Positions 38,314 through 51,191 of a stretch of 64,000 nucleotides of DNA are shown here, piece after piece. The position numbers and the translations under genes were made by a program. The notes below the pieces were generated by a model, which did not search any database, was not told the origin of the DNA, and saw only the letters and a program-made list of their open reading frames with translations. Origin of the DNA: Rugosibacter sp. (GTDB lineage Bacteria; Pseudomonadota; Gammaproteobacteria; Burkholderiales; Rhodocyclaceae); contig SCUZ01000063.1 in assembly GCA_004322535.1 (NCBI GenBank), forward strand, positions 5,021 to 69,020, in the 5' to 3' direction. Each line of letters begins with the position of its first letter. Position 1 is the stretch's first letter.

Positions 38314-38762
38314 CAGGTGCGTTCCGTTGGCGTGGCGGGTGTAGCTGTTTTTGCCAGTTCAGCGGATGTTTTTTCAGACGACGCAGTGCCTGGAAAAGTC
38401 GGCGCTGATGATACGGCGCGAAACGAGTCCTCTTGAGCAACAGCGATATCCTCAGCTTCTAATCCGGGAGGCGCAATTTTTTGCATGACAGCCGACGCCA
38501 TCTCGGACTCCACTTCATGCATTTCATGGCGCACGGTAGATTCAGCCGCAACGATACGATCAGCCACATCTTGCTGCATTTTTTTCAATTCTTCGAGTTG
38601 CATTTCGCGGCTGATATCTGCTTTGACATCATTGACGTAGCGACGCAACCGACCGGACAAAAGCCCAGCCGTGCGTGCCACTTTGGGTAGGCGCTCGGGG
38701 CCAATCACGATGAGCGCAACTACCGCGATCAACAATAGCTCAGAAAATCCGATATCAAACAT
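38313..38762 (-). CDS. tatB: Twin-arginine translocase subunit TatB
   Basis: MFDIGFSELLLIAVVALIVIGPERLP. Confidence 0.9.
   Translation of the reverse strand: MFDIGFSELLLIAVVALIVIGPERLPKVARTAGLLSGRLRRYVNDVKADISREMQLEELKKMQQDVADRIVAAESTVRHEMHEVESEMASAVMQKIAPPGLEAEDIAVAQEDSFRAVSSAPTFPGTASSEKTSAELAKTATPATPTERT
38394..38418 (+). repeat. 25-nt dispersed repeat, forward copy, 24/25
   Basis: aaaagtcggcgctgatgatacggcg. Inside the tatB C-terminal tail (AVSSAPTF). Confidence 0.9.
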
Positions 38763-38833
38763 GCAGTGTCAGCACGACAAAAAATCGGCGATGCAGTAGT
38801 CTTGAACTATTGCTACCATCAGGCCATAAAAAA

Positions 38834-39076
38834 TCACAACTTGGATTGCTCGCGGTGCGATTCAACATCAATCGTCTGGCCCGTCACCTGCGCGGGAGGC
38901 TTGGTTGATGTGCTTTGCGTGCTGGCGTCATCTGCTGCGCCATCTCTCATGCCATCTTTAAAGCCTTTAACTGCACCGCCCAAGTCGGAACCCATATTCC
39001 GCAACTTCTTGGTGCCAAATACCAGCATAACAATCACCAAGACAATCAACCAGTGCCAGATGCTCAAGCTTCCCAT
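38834..39076 (-). CDS. tatA: Twin-arginine translocase subunit TatA
   Basis: [33 protein letters not shown]. Confidence 0.92.
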   Translation of the reverse strand: MGSLSIWHWLIVLVIVMLVFGTKKLRNMGSDLGGAVKGFKDGMRDGAADDASTQSTSTKPPAQVTGQTIDVESHREQSKL

Positions 39077-39105
39077 TATGTTCTCCTTGTTAAATCGTTC
39101 GTTGC

Positions 39106-39468
39106 TTAACGCTTTTTCAGCAAAGGGCCCAGTGGATCAGGGCCACCGAGTACATGTACGTGCAAATGATACACTTCCTGCCCCCCCACGCGGCCGGTGT
39201 TGATGACGGTACGAAAGCCATCATTCAAACCTTGGCTTTTGGCGAGCCCGCCCGTTTTGGCAAGCAGATACCCCAAGGTTTTCTGGTGGCTCATATCGGT
39301 CTCAGCCAAAGATCCAATATGTTGTTTGGGCACGATCATAAAATGTACCGGTGCGGCGGGCTGAATATCATGAAAAACAAAAATCTCTTCGTCCTCAAAA
39401 ATTTTTCTTGAGGGAATCTCTCCGCGAATGATTTTGCAAAAAATGCAGTCCACTGTTGCATCACTCAT
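39106..39468 (-). CDS. HIT-family (histidine triad) nucleotide-binding protein
   Basis: CIFCKI ... HLHVHVLGG triad. Confidence 0.9.
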   Translation of the reverse strand: MSDATVDCIFCKIIRGEIPSRKIFEDEEIFVFHDIQPAAPVHFMIVPKQHIGSLAETDMSHQKTLGYLLAKTGGLAKSQGLNDGFRTVINTGRVGGQEVYHLHVHVLGGPDPLGPLLKKR

Positions 39469-39794
39469 TTTCCTGCCCCACGACGTTTCTTTTCGTCGAT
39501 ACCAGAAATCCCTTCGCGACGACGAAACTCGGCCACCACATCATCAACACCGACATCAAATTGAGCAAGCAGCATCAAGCTGTGAAACCAGAGATCAGTG
39601 ACCTCATGCACCAGATGCAAACGGTCGCCATCCTTGGCGGCCATAATGGTTTCAGCCGATTCCTCGGCGATTTTTTTGCAGATGGAATCAATCCCTTTGG
39701 CATACAAACTGGCCACATAGGAAGAATCCGGTGCGGCAGTTTTTCGCTCAACCAGGATTTTTTGCAAACGATGCAGCACTTCAAAATCTATCAT
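39465..39794 (-). CDS. hisE: Phosphoribosyl-ATP diphosphatase
   Basis: [24 protein letters not shown]; overlaps both neighbours by 4 nt. Confidence 0.9.
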   Translation of the reverse strand: MIDFEVLHRLQKILVERKTAAPDSSYVASLYAKGIDSICKKIAEESAETIMAAKDGDRLHLVHEVTDLWFHSLMLLAQFDVGVDDVVAEFRRREGISGIDEKKRRGAGK

Positions 39795-40204
39795 TTGTAT
39801 ATATCCTCCGGTGCCTTGAGTACAGGATCAACCGTCTGCCAAATCCCCGACTCAAAACGCTGGAAAAAACAACTCTTGCGCCCAGTATGACACGCCATGC
39901 CTGAAACTTGCTCCACCTTCAACAAGACCGCATCGTTATCGCAATCCAGTCGGATTTCCTTGACCCATTGCACATGACCCGACTCTTCTCCTTTGCGCCA
40001 CAGCCTATTACGCGAACGTGACCAATAAATCGCTCGACCTTCGGCTACTGTCAGCGACAATGCCTCGCGATTCATCCAGGCGAGCATCAAAACCTCGCCG
40101 CCAGACACTTCTTGCGCGATCGCCGGCACCAATCCCTGCGCATCCCATTTGACCGCCTCCAGCCAGGAAGTTTCATTCGCAAAAGCATCCAAGAGTTTAC
40201 TCAT
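39791..40204 (-). CDS. hisI: Phosphoribosyl-AMP cyclohydrolase
   Basis: [17 protein letters not shown] ... [11 protein letters not shown] ... ACHTG..SCF. Confidence 0.92.
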   Translation of the reverse strand: MSKLLDAFANETSWLEAVKWDAQGLVPAIAQEVSGGEVLMLAWMNREALSLTVAEGRAIYWSRSRNRLWRKGEESGHVQWVKEIRLDCDNDAVLLKVEQVSGMACHTGRKSCFFQRFESGIWQTVDPVLKAPEDIYK

Positions 40205-40959
40205 AACCTCACCTCGACACCCTGTTGCCGCATGTATTCTTTCGCTTCACGCACAGTGTATTCACCATAATGGAAAATACTCGCCGCCAGCACCGCATCG
40301 GCTCGCCCCTGTGTGACGCCATCGGCCAAATGCGCGAGGCTTCCCACGCCGCCACTGGCAATCACCGGAATAGTAACGGCATCGGCCACCGCACGGGTCA
40401 ATGCTAAATCAAAGCCAGACTTTGTTCCATCACGATCCATGCTGGTAAGCAAAATTTCACCCGCACCCAGCAACTGCACCTGCCGCGCCCAGTCAATCAC
40501 ATCCAGGCCCACATTTTTACGCCCACCGTGGGTAAACACCTCCCATTTGCCGGGACTTGTCTGCTTGGCATCAATTGCTACCACAATGCATTGCGTGCCG
40601 ACTTTGGCCGCGGCATCAGCTACTAATTGCGGATTATTCACCGCTGCAGTATTCATGCTGACTTTATCTGCGCCTGCGTTAAGCAAACGACGTACATCCG
40701 TCACCGCACGCACACCGCCGCCGACGGTGAGCGGAATAAACACTTGGGAGGCCACTGCCTCGATAATGTACAAAATAATGTCACGCTCATCCGAGCTGGC
40801 CGTGATATCCAGAAAGGTAATTTCGTCCGCACCCTGTACGTCATAGCGACGAGCAATTTCAACAGGATCCCCCGCATCGCGTAACGCGACGAAATTAACG
40901 CCTTTCACGACGCGACCGGCATTCACGTCAAGACAGGGAATAATGCGTTTGGCTAACAT
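40201..40959 (-). CDS. hisF: Imidazole glycerol phosphate synthase cyclase subunit
   Basis: [20 protein letters not shown] ... ASGGVG. Confidence 0.95.
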   Translation of the reverse strand: MLAKRIIPCLDVNAGRVVKGVNFVALRDAGDPVEIARRYDVQGADEITFLDITASSDERDIILYIIEAVASQVFIPLTVGGGVRAVTDVRRLLNAGADKVSMNTAAVNNPQLVADAAAKVGTQCIVVAIDAKQTSPGKWEVFTHGGRKNVGLDVIDWARQVQLLGAGEILLTSMDRDGTKSGFDLALTRAVADAVTIPVIASGGVGSLAHLADGVTQGRADAVLAASIFHYGEYTVREAKEYMRQQGVEVRL

Positions 40960-40980
40960 GGCACGCGAACTTAAATAGGC

Positions 40981-41724
40981 TTAGCGGCCCGAGAGCGAAT
41001 CTGCCTCGGCTTGCGCAGCTTTGAAGTTCAGCGTGCCTTCATAAATCGCCCGGCCGGTAATTGCCCCCATGATGCCCTCATGCGCCACCCGGCACAGCGC
41101 CTGGATGTCTTGTAAGCCTGCCATACCGCCACTAGCGATCACCGGGATAGTCAGCGCCTGGGCTAGTTTGACGGTTGCTTCGATGTTCACACCAGACAAC
41201 ATGCCGTCCCGCCCGATGTCGGTATAAATCACTGCCTCGGCACCATAACCTTCAAATTTCTTGGCTAGATCAATCACATCGTGACCGGTCAGCTTGGACC
41301 AGCCATCAACAGCCACCTTGCCCTCTTTTGCATCCAGCCCAACAATGATATGCCCGGGAAAGGCACTACAAGCATCATGCAAAAATCCGGGGTTCTTCAC
41401 TGCGGCTGTGCCAATAATGACATACCGAATTCCATCATCCAGACAACGCGCTATAGTATCCAGGTCCCGAATGCCACCGCCCAATTGCACGGGAATTTCA
41501 TCGCCGACTTCGGCAAGTATCATCTTGATGGCGGATTCGTTTTTTGGCTTACCGGCAAACGCACCGTTCAGGTCAACCAAATGCAAACGGCGTGCGCCTT
41601 GTTCAATCCAATGCCGGGCCATGGCGGCCGGGTCTTCGGAAAACACGGTGGCATCATCCATTTCGCCCTGTTTTAAACGGACACAATGGCCATCTTTCAA
41701 ATCAATTGCAGGTATGAGCAGCAT
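40981..41724 (-). CDS. hisA: ProFAR isomerase
   Basis: [17 protein letters not shown] ... HLVDLNGA ... GGGIR. Confidence 0.95.
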   Translation of the reverse strand: MLLIPAIDLKDGHCVRLKQGEMDDATVFSEDPAAMARHWIEQGARRLHLVDLNGAFAGKPKNESAIKMILAEVGDEIPVQLGGGIRDLDTIARCLDDGIRYVIIGTAAVKNPGFLHDACSAFPGHIIVGLDAKEGKVAVDGWSKLTGHDVIDLAKKFEGYGAEAVIYTDIGRDGMLSGVNIEATVKLAQALTIPVIASGGMAGLQDIQALCRVAHEGIMGAITGRAIYEGTLNFKAAQAEADSLSGR

Positions 41725-41795
41725 AAAAATTAACGGTTAGAAAAGTTAGCAACAATGGACAACGTAGTTAAATTCACAACAACGCCGACGCCTGA

Positions 41796-42455
41796 TCAAG
41801 GCTGCCAGCGCATGAAGTTTTCCAGCAAGCGTAAACCCGCTTGCGCACTTTTTTCCGGATGAAATTGGACGGCAAAGATGTTCTCGCGCGCAATGGCGCT
41901 GGTAAAGGTAATGCCATGGGTAGTCTCCCCTGCAATGCAGACGGCATCTTGCGGCTCAACGTAATAGCTATGCACAAAATAAAAACGTGTTTCATCGGCA
42001 ATACCATCCCATAACGGATGCGACCGATGCGCCTCACTCTGCCGTACCTGATTCCATCCCATATGTGGCACTTTGAGCCGCGAACCATCAGGCATAACCA
42101 TGGCCGCTTGCGGAAAGCGTGGCACACGCCCGGCTAAAACCTCAAGCCCCATGACATCACCTTCTTCGGCGTGCCCAAACAGCATTTGCAACCCGACACA
42201 AATGCCCAAAAAAGGTTTTTCAGCAGCAGCACGCATCACCGCATCGCGCAGATGCCGCTCAGTCAGCTCGCGCATGCAGTCCGGCATGGCCCCCTGGCCT
42301 GGCACCACCACGCGATTCGCTGCAGCAATTTCAGCCGCATCGGCGGTAACGCGCACAGAAGCATGGGGCGCCACATGCTCAATGGCTTTAGCCACGGAGC
42401 GCAAGTTACCCATGCCGTAATCGACCACTGCAACCGACATAGCCATCGTGTTCAT
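41796..42455 (-). CDS. hisH: Imidazole glycerol phosphate synthase glutaminase subunit
   Basis: VAVVDYGMGNLRSV ... GICVGLQML ... FVHSY. Three possible ATG starts (42455, 42446, 42440). The 41-aa extension in the track is rejected. Confidence 0.92.
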   Translation of the reverse strand: MNTMAMSVAVVDYGMGNLRSVAKAIEHVAPHASVRVTADAAEIAAANRVVVPGQGAMPDCMRELTERHLRDAVMRAAAEKPFLGICVGLQMLFGHAEEGDVMGLEVLAGRVPRFPQAAMVMPDGSRLKVPHMGWNQVRQSEAHRSHPLWDGIADETRFYFVHSYYVEPQDAVCIAGETTHGITFTSAIARENIFAVQFHPEKSAQAGLRLLENFMRWQP

Positions 42456-42462
42456 GCTTGAG

Positions 42463-43050
42463 TCAGAGGGAGCCTTTAGTCGAAGGAATAGCATCCGCGG
42501 CACGCGCATCGGCCTCAATAGCCATGCGCAATGCACGGGCAAAGGCCTTGAACACGGTTTCTGCCTGATGGTGGGCATTCACGCCGCTGAGGTTATCAAT
42601 GTGCAGAGAAATTCCTGCGTGATTGACTAATCCCTGAAAAAACTCGTGAATCAAATCGACATCAAATTCACCAATGGCGGCACGCGTAAAAGGCACGTTG
42701 AAAATCAGACCGGGACGGCCAGACAAATCAACGACCACTCGCGACAAGGCTTCATCCAGCGGCACATAAGCATGTCCATAGCGGCGCAAGCCTTTTTTGT
42801 CACCCAAGGCTTTGGCCAACGCCTGGCCGAAAGTAATGCCTACATCCTCTATCGTGTGATGTGCATCAATATGCAGATCCCCCACGGCATCGATCATGAG
42901 ATCGATCATGCCATGCCGCGCAATCTGGTCGAGCATGTGATCAAAAAATCCCACGCCGGTAGAGAGCTTGGCAACACCCGTGCCATCCAGATTGATGGCA
43001 ACGCGAATACGGGTTTCGAGGGTATTACGAGAAACGTCAGCTTGCCGCAT
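42463..43050 (-). CDS. hisB: Imidazoleglycerol-phosphate dehydratase
   Basis: [16 protein letters not shown] ... [11 protein letters not shown] ... NAHHQAE. Confidence 0.95.
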   Translation of the reverse strand: MRQADVSRNTLETRIRVAINLDGTGVAKLSTGVGFFDHMLDQIARHGMIDLMIDAVGDLHIDAHHTIEDVGITFGQALAKALGDKKGLRRYGHAYVPLDEALSRVVVDLSGRPGLIFNVPFTRAAIGEFDVDLIHEFFQGLVNHAGISLHIDNLSGVNAHHQAETVFKAFARALRMAIEADARAADAIPSTKGSL

Positions 43051-43166
43051 GGCAGTCTTCTACACGCAGTTGAACAAGAGCAACATGATACCATCGCCAA
43101 AGTTTCGTTTTCACGCATTATGTAACCTTACGATCAATCCTTACACCCCGACTAATCCGTAAAACT

Positions 43167-44231
43167 ATGTCCGAATTTTGGAGCGATGTTGTCAAAAGGC
43201 TCACGCCTTATGTCCCCGGCGAACAGCCCAAGCTGGCCAATCTGGTTAAGCTCAACACCAACGAAAACCCCTATGATCCCAGTCCACGCGTGCTCAAAGC
43301 CATTCGCGGCGCCGTGGGGGAAAATTTACGGCTTTATCCAGACCCGAATGCCGATGCGCTGAAAGAAGCCATTGCCGACCACTTTGCTGTGACATCCATC
43401 AACGTGTTTGTGGGCAATGGCTCTGACGAAATTTTGGCGCACGTTTTTTTGGGCTTGCTCAAACATGACCAGCCGGTACTTTTCCCCGACATCACTTACA
43501 GCTTTTATCCCGTGTATTGCGGACTGTATGAGATTGCTTTTAACACCGTACCGCTGACTAAAGACTTTTCCATCCGCATTGCAGACTATGACCAACCCAA
43601 TGGCGGCATTATTTTTCCCAATCCGAATGCGCCCACAGGCCGAGCAATTTCTCTAGACGAAATAGAGCAGCTTTTGCAAATGCATCCACATAAAGTAATA
43701 GTGATCGACGAAGCCTATGTCGATTTTGGCGGCGAGAGTGCCATTCCCCTCACCCATCGCTATCCGAATCTGCTGGTCGTGCACACCTTCTCCAAATCGC
43801 GCTCACTGGCTGGTTTGCGCGTGGGGTTTGCCATTGGCCATTCCGATTTAATTGAAGCGCTCGAGCGGGTAAAAAACAGCTTTAACTCTTACCCGCTGGA
43901 TTCCTTGGCCATGGCTGGCGCCATCGCTGCACTGGAAGACAAAGCCCATTTTGAAAGAACCCGCAAAGCCATCATCCATACGCGCGAAAACTTGGTATCC
44001 GCGCTGGAAGCACTCGGCTTTGAAGTACTGCCCTCAGTTGCCAACTTTGTCTTTGTCCGCCACCCACAGCACGACGCCGAAAAATCGGCGTTGGCGCTAC
44101 GCCAACATGGCATCGTGGTACGCCATTTCAAGTTGCCACGCATTGAACAATTTCTGCGCATTACCATCGGTACTGATGATCAATGCGCAATTCTGATCAA
44201 GGCCCTCCAGGAAATTCTGGCACAACGCTAA
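43167..44231 (+). CDS. hisC: Histidinol-phosphate aminotransferase
   Basis: LNTNENPY ... IDEAYVDF ... [15 protein letters not shown] (PLP-binding Lys). It is on the opposite strand to all other his genes. Confidence 0.93.
   Translation: MSEFWSDVVKRLTPYVPGEQPKLANLVKLNTNENPYDPSPRVLKAIRGAVGENLRLYPDPNADALKEAIADHFAVTSINVFVGNGSDEILAHVFLGLLKHDQPVLFPDITYSFYPVYCGLYEIAFNTVPLTKDFSIRIADYDQPNGGIIFPNPNAPTGRAISLDEIEQLLQMHPHKVIVIDEAYVDFGGESAIPLTHRYPNLLVVHTFSKSRSLAGLRVGFAIGHSDLIEALERVKNSFNSYPLDSLAMAGAIAALEDKAHFERTRKAIIHTRENLVSALEALGFEVLPSVANFVFVRHPQHDAEKSALALRQHGIVVRHFKLPRIEQFLRITIGTDDQCAILIKALQEILAQR
44080..44104 (+). repeat. Degenerate copy of the 25-nt repeat, 19/25
   Basis: aaaaatcggcgttggcgctacgcca. 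Inside hisC (EKSALALRQ, compare EKSALLIRH at 12937). Confidence 0.4.
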
Positions 44232-44234
44232 TCC

Positions 44235-45491
44235 GTGGCAATAAAAAACACCTACAGCGCCATTGCCTTGCTATTTTTAGTAACGACGACTTATTACGCA
44301 CGCAACGCGCACGCTGCCAACCCGGATTTTCTTGCTGACAAAATCAAGCACCGACAGGCGTTGACAAACAATGATCACAATGAAGAAGGAATTAAATTTT
44401 CCTGCGGAAAAGAACAACTGCAAGATGTTGAACGCGAAATGCTTGCCTATCTCAACCAGCTTGGTATCCCACCAGCACTCGTTAATCATAAGTTGTCGCC
44501 CAATGCCAAGAATGCAATCTTCCAACTGACAACGCCGCCTGGTGATATTTCGACCGTTGATTTACGGTTTCGTCCTGAAATGGAAATCAGCGATCAGCTT
44601 ATTTCCCTTCCATCCCGTCATGGAAAACCAACGACTGTGCTTACTGTTTCGGAAAAAGAAATTGTCTTGTCCCTTATGCAGCACGGTCGGCTTACCGAGT
44701 TTTCTGGTGACCAATGCAGCTTTCAGGTATTTCGCGATCACGTGGGTATCCGTCAAAATATTGTTGCCTGGGCCGAAAATATTGAATGGAACTGGCCTGA
44801 GGGAAAGCGCGCCCGATGGAACAAGCGTTATTGGAAAAAAGGAACGCCGCTACCTGACGTATCAATGTCAAAAGCAGTAGCAGACGCTTTCCTGAATCAG
44901 GAGAAATACTCTATCGGCTGCTATACGGCAACAAAATTGGTCATGATCCATGGCGTGCTTGATTACTACGCACGCATCAAAAACAGTCCTGCAGGCTTAA
45001 TCGAGATTGAACAACGGCTCATGGCGGACGATAACGACCCCTTAGTACGAATCGAGCCACGTGCCGTCTGGGCCTTCGAAGAGAATTTTGACGCAAGCGA
45101 ATTGTGGCAAAAAGGAAAATTGCTTGAAATGCGCTACAACATTCCCGCAAGAAATTTTGTGCCAGGTGATTGGGGATACATATTAAATACCGATCCGATC
45201 ACCGCCAAGAAGATCGGCTATGAAGGATCCAATGCCATTTATCTTGGCCGTGGAAAATTCGATGACTACTACAACGACCACAACCATTCCTATCTGTTCC
45301 GGGAAAAACTCGATGAAGTCTACCAATGGCGCAACAAGGTCTTTAGTCGGCGGCGCGATATTGCCAAAGTCCGCCCATTGACCGAACGTGACATTGAAAA
45401 ACTTGAAGCAACCCCTGAAAAAGGCGGACTTGTCATGGATATGCGGGTTTATTTCCCGCCATTTTCGCCTCGTTCAGCGAATGTCCATTAG
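44235..45491 (+). CDS. Secreted hypothetical protein, AT-richer than its flanks; possible Cys-centred (transglutaminase/papain-like) fold
   Basis: GTG start 3 nt after the hisC stop. Signal peptide ...YYARNAHA/A. Candidate motif YSIGCYTATKLV followed by GDWGYILNTD. No confident family match by eye. Confidence 0.5.
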   Translation: MAIKNTYSAIALLFLVTTTYYARNAHAANPDFLADKIKHRQALTNNDHNEEGIKFSCGKEQLQDVEREMLAYLNQLGIPPALVNHKLSPNAKNAIFQLTTPPGDISTVDLRFRPEMEISDQLISLPSRHGKPTTVLTVSEKEIVLSLMQHGRLTEFSGDQCSFQVFRDHVGIRQNIVAWAENIEWNWPEGKRARWNKRYWKKGTPLPDVSMSKAVADAFLNQEKYSIGCYTATKLVMIHGVLDYYARIKNSPAGLIEIEQRLMADDNDPLVRIEPRAVWAFEENFDASELWQKGKLLEMRYNIPARNFVPGDWGYILNTDPITAKKIGYEGSNAIYLGRGKFDDYYNDHNHSYLFREKLDEVYQWRNKVFSRRRDIAKVRPLTERDIEKLEATPEKGGLVMDMRVYFPPFSPRSANVH

Positions 45492-45538
45492 GCCGGAAAC
45501 GTGAAACTTCGCCTGTAGAACAGCCAGCCTATGCAAAG

Positions 45539-45563
45539 GAAAGTCGGCTCTGGTGAAGCGGCG
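45539..45563 (+). repeat. 25-nt dispersed repeat, forward copy, 21/25
   Basis: gaaagtcggctctggtgaagcggcg. Intergenic, between the foreign ORF and the hisD 3' end. Confidence 0.7.
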
Positions 45564-45593
45564 ATAACGCCTTTTTGCGAACCTTTTAAGGTC

Positions 45594-46901
45594 TTACAAC
45601 TTAATACGCAACTCCGCCGCACGGGCATGTGCCGTGAGTCCTTCGCCATGCGCCAATGTCGCGGCAATCGGGCCTAAGGTTTGGGCACCTGCGGCTGAGA
45701 CTTCAATCAGGCTGCTGCGTTTTTGGAAGTCGTACACGCCGAGCGGCGAAGAAAAACGCGCGCTACGTGACGTGGGCAGCACATGGTTCGGCCCGGCGCA
45801 GTAGTCGCCCAAGGATTCGGAAGCATACTGGCCAATGAAAATCGCGCCCGCATGGCGAATTTTTTCGACCAGCAGATTCGGTTCGGCAACTGCCAGTTCA
45901 AGATGTTCTGGGGCGATGTGATTGGCGATAGTGCAGGCCTCGGTCAGATCGACAACCTGAATCAGCGCACCGCGCCCTTTGAGCGAGGCCTCGATTACTG
46001 CGCGACGCGGCATTGTTGGCAGCAGTTTTTCAATACTGGCAGCGACACGCTCAATGAATACCGCATCGGGACACAGCAAAATGGATTGCGCCAGCTCATC
46101 ATGTTCGGCTTGAGCGAACAGATCCATGGCCACCCAGTCCGGATTGGCAGAGGCATCCGCAATCACCAGCACTTCGGAAGGCCCTGCGATCATGTCGATG
46201 CCGACAGTGCCGAACACGCGCCGCTTGGCTGCGGCAACATAGGCGTTGCCGGGGCCGACGATTTTGTCGACTTGCGGAATGGTCTGCGTACCGTAGGCCA
46301 GCGCTGCCACGGCTTGTGCGCCACCAATGGTAAAGACGCGATCAACACCGGCCAGGTGGGCTGCGGCCAGCACCAGCGCATTTTTTTCACCACGCGGCGT
46401 AGGTACAACCATGATGAGCTCACCCACGCCAGCCACTTTGGCAGGCAATGCATTCATCAGCACAGAACTGGGATATGCCGCTTTGCCACCAGGCACATAC
46501 AAACCCACGCGATCCAGCGGCGTGACTTTTTGCCCGAGCCGTGTACCGCGCATTGCTCCTTCGGTTTCGGTATAGCTCCACGATTCAACCTTTTGTCGTT
46601 CGTGATAACTACGGATGCGTGCGGCAGCGGCTTCCAACGCTTGGCGCTGATCGGTAGGCAAGGTATCAAATGCGACGGCGAGTTCAGTCGAGGACAAAGA
46701 CAGCTCAGCCATCGTACTGGCGGCAAGCCCGTCAAAACGCTGGGTGTAGTCAAGCACGGCGGCATCGCCTCGCTGACGCACTTGGGTCAGAATGTCGGCG
46801 ACAGCCCGCTCGATGCCGTCATCTGTAGCATGGTCAAAAGCGAGCAGCGCATCAAGCGTTGCCAGAAAATCCGGCGTGCGCGTAGATAAACGCCGCATCA
46901 T
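45594..46901 (-). CDS. hisD: Histidinol dehydrogenase
   Basis: 435 aa, with ..[14 protein letters not shown].. and ..AQAEHDE.. motifs. Confidence 0.95.
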   Translation of the reverse strand: MMRRLSTRTPDFLATLDALLAFDHATDDGIERAVADILTQVRQRGDAAVLDYTQRFDGLAASTMAELSLSSTELAVAFDTLPTDQRQALEAAAARIRSYHERQKVESWSYTETEGAMRGTRLGQKVTPLDRVGLYVPGGKAAYPSSVLMNALPAKVAGVGELIMVVPTPRGEKNALVLAAAHLAGVDRVFTIGGAQAVAALAYGTQTIPQVDKIVGPGNAYVAAAKRRVFGTVGIDMIAGPSEVLVIADASANPDWVAMDLFAQAEHDELAQSILLCPDAVFIERVAASIEKLLPTMPRRAVIEASLKGRGALIQVVDLTEACTIANHIAPEHLELAVAEPNLLVEKIRHAGAIFIGQYASESLGDYCAGPNHVLPTSRSARFSSPLGVYDFQKRSSLIEVSAAGAQTLGPIAATLAHGEGLTAHARAAELRIKL

Positions 46902-47569
46902 GGCGCAGTAGTCCCTGCAATAGCACCTGCAAAAGCATCGATCAACGGCTGCAAGCGGTCACGCTTCATTTTCAGTGCGGCTTGATTAACCACCAGACGC
47001 GATGAAATCTGCATAATTTCTTCGACTTCAAGCAAGTGGTTGGCGCGCAAGGTAGCGCCACTCGAGACCAGATCAACGATGGCATCGGCCAACCCAACCA
47101 GCGGTGCGAGCTCCATCGAACCATATAGCTTGATCAAATCAACATGCACGCCTTTGGCAGCAAAATGCTCGCGCGCAGTATTGAGATATTTAGTTGCCAC
47201 GCGCAAGCGCGCGCCGCGCTTTACCGCAGCAACATAGTCAAACCCTTCCGGCACAGCCACCGCCATACGGCACTTGGCGATATTCAAATCCAGCGGCTGG
47301 TACAGCCCTGCCCCGCCGTGCTCAAGCAGCACATCCTTGCCGGCAATGCCAATATCGGCAGCGCCGTATTGCACATAGGTAGGTACATCCGAAGCACGCA
47401 CAATCACCAGGCGGACATCTTCACGATTGGTGCCTATGATGAGCTTGCGCGACTCTTCGGGATTTTCGCTCGGCACTATACCCGCCGCTGCGAGCAGTGG
47501 CAGGGTTTCTTCAAAAATACGGCCCTTGGAAAGGGCGATGGTCAGCATGTTGATACGGGCAGGGCTCAT
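46898..47569 (-). CDS. hisG: ATP phosphoribosyltransferase (short form)
   Basis: [18 protein letters not shown] ... short HisG length. The start may be ATG 47548 rather than 47569. Confidence 0.9.
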   Translation of the reverse strand: MSPARINMLTIALSKGRIFEETLPLLAAAGIVPSENPEESRKLIIGTNREDVRLVIVRASDVPTYVQYGAADIGIAGKDVLLEHGGAGLYQPLDLNIAKCRMAVAVPEGFDYVAAVKRGARLRVATKYLNTAREHFAAKGVHVDLIKLYGSMELAPLVGLADAIVDLVSSGATLRANHLLEVEEIMQISSRLVVNQAALKMKRDRLQPLIDAFAGAIAGTTAP

Positions 47570-47573
47570 GAAG

Positions 47574-49077
<1,504 letters not shown>

Positions 49078-49129
49078 CTTTTACTCCTTAACGAATTGAG
49101 TCACCTAGTGCTTTTTGCTGCACACAAAA

Positions 49130-49906
49130 TCAGGCGCGCAGTTTATAGCCGCGTTTTAGCGCGCTCAGGGTGATGGACGACAGAATCAAAAGACAACCCA
49201 AACCGACGAGAAAACTCATCCAGGGCGAGATGTCCGAGACACCAAAAAAGCCGTAGCGAAAACCGTCGATCATATAAAAAACAGGGTTCCAGCGCGATAC
49301 GTGTTGCCAGAAGGGCGGCAAAGAAGCAATGGAATAAAACACGCCAGACAAAAAAGTCAGCGGCAAAATCAAAAAATTCTGGAATGCTGCCAACTGATCA
49401 TATTTTTCTGCCCAAATACCCGCAATTAACCCCAGCGTGCCCATGACCGCGCCACCCATCATCGCAAAAACCAGTATCCAGAGCGGGGCCGCATAGCTCA
49501 AACCACCAAACCATGTGGTAACGACCAGCACCCCTCCCCCTACCAACAGACCACGGGCGACAGAGGCCAGTACATAGGCCGAAAAAAATTCGCTATGCGA
49601 AATAGGTGGCAGTAATACAAACACTAGATTACCTGTCACTTTTGACTGGATCAAAGAAGAAGACGTATTTGCAAATGCGTTTTGCAATACCGACATCATC
49701 ACCAGACCCGGAACCAGAAACGAGGTATAGGGTACGCCATGCACTTCGACGTGGGAAGCCAGCACATGGGAAAAAATCAGCAAGTAAAGCAAGGCTGTCA
49801 ACACAGGGGCGGCCACGGTTTGTGCTGCCACTTTCCAGAAGCGCAGCACTTCTTTATAAAACAGTGTAATGAAGCCGCGGCTGGGCTTGATGGATAAGCT
49901 GTTCAT
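49130..49906 (-). CDS. ABC-2-type transporter permease (YadH-like)
   Basis: 258 aa, 6 TM segments; overlaps the upstream ATPase gene by 4 nt. Confidence 0.8.
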   Translation of the reverse strand: MNSLSIKPSRGFITLFYKEVLRFWKVAAQTVAAPVLTALLYLLIFSHVLASHVEVHGVPYTSFLVPGLVMMSVLQNAFANTSSSLIQSKVTGNLVFVLLPPISHSEFFSAYVLASVARGLLVGGGVLVVTTWFGGLSYAAPLWILVFAMMGGAVMGTLGLIAGIWAEKYDQLAAFQNFLILPLTFLSGVFYSIASLPPFWQHVSRWNPVFYMIDGFRYGFFGVSDISPWMSFLVGLGCLLILSSITLSALKRGYKLRA

Positions 49907-50859
49907 GCGGCGCGAACTTGTTCGTGACTCTGCTCTTGCATCACACGGACAAAAACATCTTCAAGATCTGGTTTGCCAATTTCCAGCTCATCAATCATGC
50001 AGCCGGCATTGCGAATACGTGCCAGCATAGGCTCGATCTCATCGAAATGCGCAAAGGCGCACGTCCACCAACCGCTGGTGCACTCTTGCGTTGCATTCTC
50101 TTGCGTTATCCGTTCTTGCGTCATGCCCAACTGGGCGGGCTTATCGCTCGCGGTACGCAGCCGCAAGGTATGCGAAGAGAAACGGCTGAGCAGATTGCGC
50201 GTGGTATCCAGCGCAACCACTTGACCGGCTTTGAGCATGGCAATACGCCCGCAGAGACTTTCCGCCTCCTCCAAGTAATGTGTGGTGAGCACAATCGTGT
50301 GGCCATCTTCATTGAGTCGCCGCACGAACTGCCACAAGGTTTGGCGCAACTCCACATCAACGCCGGCAGTAGGTTCATCCAGCACAATCACCGGCGGTCG
50401 ATGCACAAGCGCTTGAGCCACCAATACACGCCGTTTCATTCCACCAGATAGCGTGCGCATATTGGCGTCGGCTTTGCTGGTTAAGTCAAGATTTTCGAGA
50501 ATTTCGTCGATCCATGCCCGACGTTGCCGACTAGGATCGATCCCATAGTATCCAGCCTGAATTTCAAGGGTTTCACGTACGCTGAAAAAGGGATCAAATA
50601 CCAGCTCTTGAGGAACAACGCCTAACTGGCGACGAGCCTCCCGGTAATCGGCTTCTACATCAAACCCCATAATCATCAAACGCCCTGAATCGGGACGAGA
50701 TAATCCGGCAAGTGCAGAAATCAGGGTTGTTTTTCCGGCACCGTTAGGTCCAAGCAGACCAAAGAATTCGCCCGGCTGTATTGCGAGATCAACGCCATTG
50801 AGTGCGTGAACCGAGCCAAAACGCTTATATACCTGCTCAATACGGATGGCGGTGGTCAT
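49903..50859 (-). CDS. ABC transporter ATP-binding protein (YadG-like)
   Basis: Walker A GPNGAGKTT, signature LSGGMKRR, Walker B VIVLDEPT. Confidence 0.9.
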   Translation of the reverse strand: MTTAIRIEQVYKRFGSVHALNGVDLAIQPGEFFGLLGPNGAGKTTLISALAGLSRPDSGRLMIMGFDVEADYREARRQLGVVPQELVFDPFFSVRETLEIQAGYYGIDPSRQRRAWIDEILENLDLTSKADANMRTLSGGMKRRVLVAQALVHRPPVIVLDEPTAGVDVELRQTLWQFVRRLNEDGHTIVLTTHYLEEAESLCGRIAMLKAGQVVALDTTRNLLSRFSSHTLRLRTASDKPAQLGMTQERITQENATQECTSGWWTCAFAHFDEIEPMLARIRNAGCMIDELEIGKPDLEDVFVRVMQEQSHEQVRAA

Positions 50860-50900
50860 AACAGAATAAATACGGGAATGAGGCCCACGCGAATGCGCGG

Positions 50901-51191
50901 TCAGTGTTGCGGCAGTAAGTCAGCAACGTCGTATACGGCAGCCAAACTTACAAAGCTCGGGGGAAGGTTCGTGAGTCGAATCGATTTACCATTAAGCTTC
51001 GCGGCACGCATCCAGCCAAAAACAACTGCCAACAGGGATGAATCGACTGACGTCACGCTAGCCAAGTCAAACTCTGCAACGGGCAGCTTGCCCGCTGATA
51101 ACGCAGCCTCACCATCAGCAAGCAACGTTGCAGCACCAGCTACCGTAACCGGACCGGAAACTTCTATGCGACCATCGGTGATGCAAATCAT
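50901..51191 (-). CDS. mlaB: STAS-domain protein (MlaB-like)
   Basis: 96 aa with ..VTSVDSSLLAVVFGW..; sits at the mlaB position. Confidence 0.7.
   Translation of the reverse strand: MICITDGRIEVSGPVTVAGAATLLADGEAALSAGKLPVAEFDLASVTSVDSSLLAVVFGWMRAAKLNGKSIRLTNLPPSFVSLAAVYDVADLLPQH

Noticed and set aside
43095-45514. Inverted repeats flanking the hisC segment, considered as evidence of a site-specific invertase or a mobile element.
   Set aside because: The match is only about 8 of 11 nt and no recombinase gene is nearby. It is mentioned under the hisC finding as weak support only.
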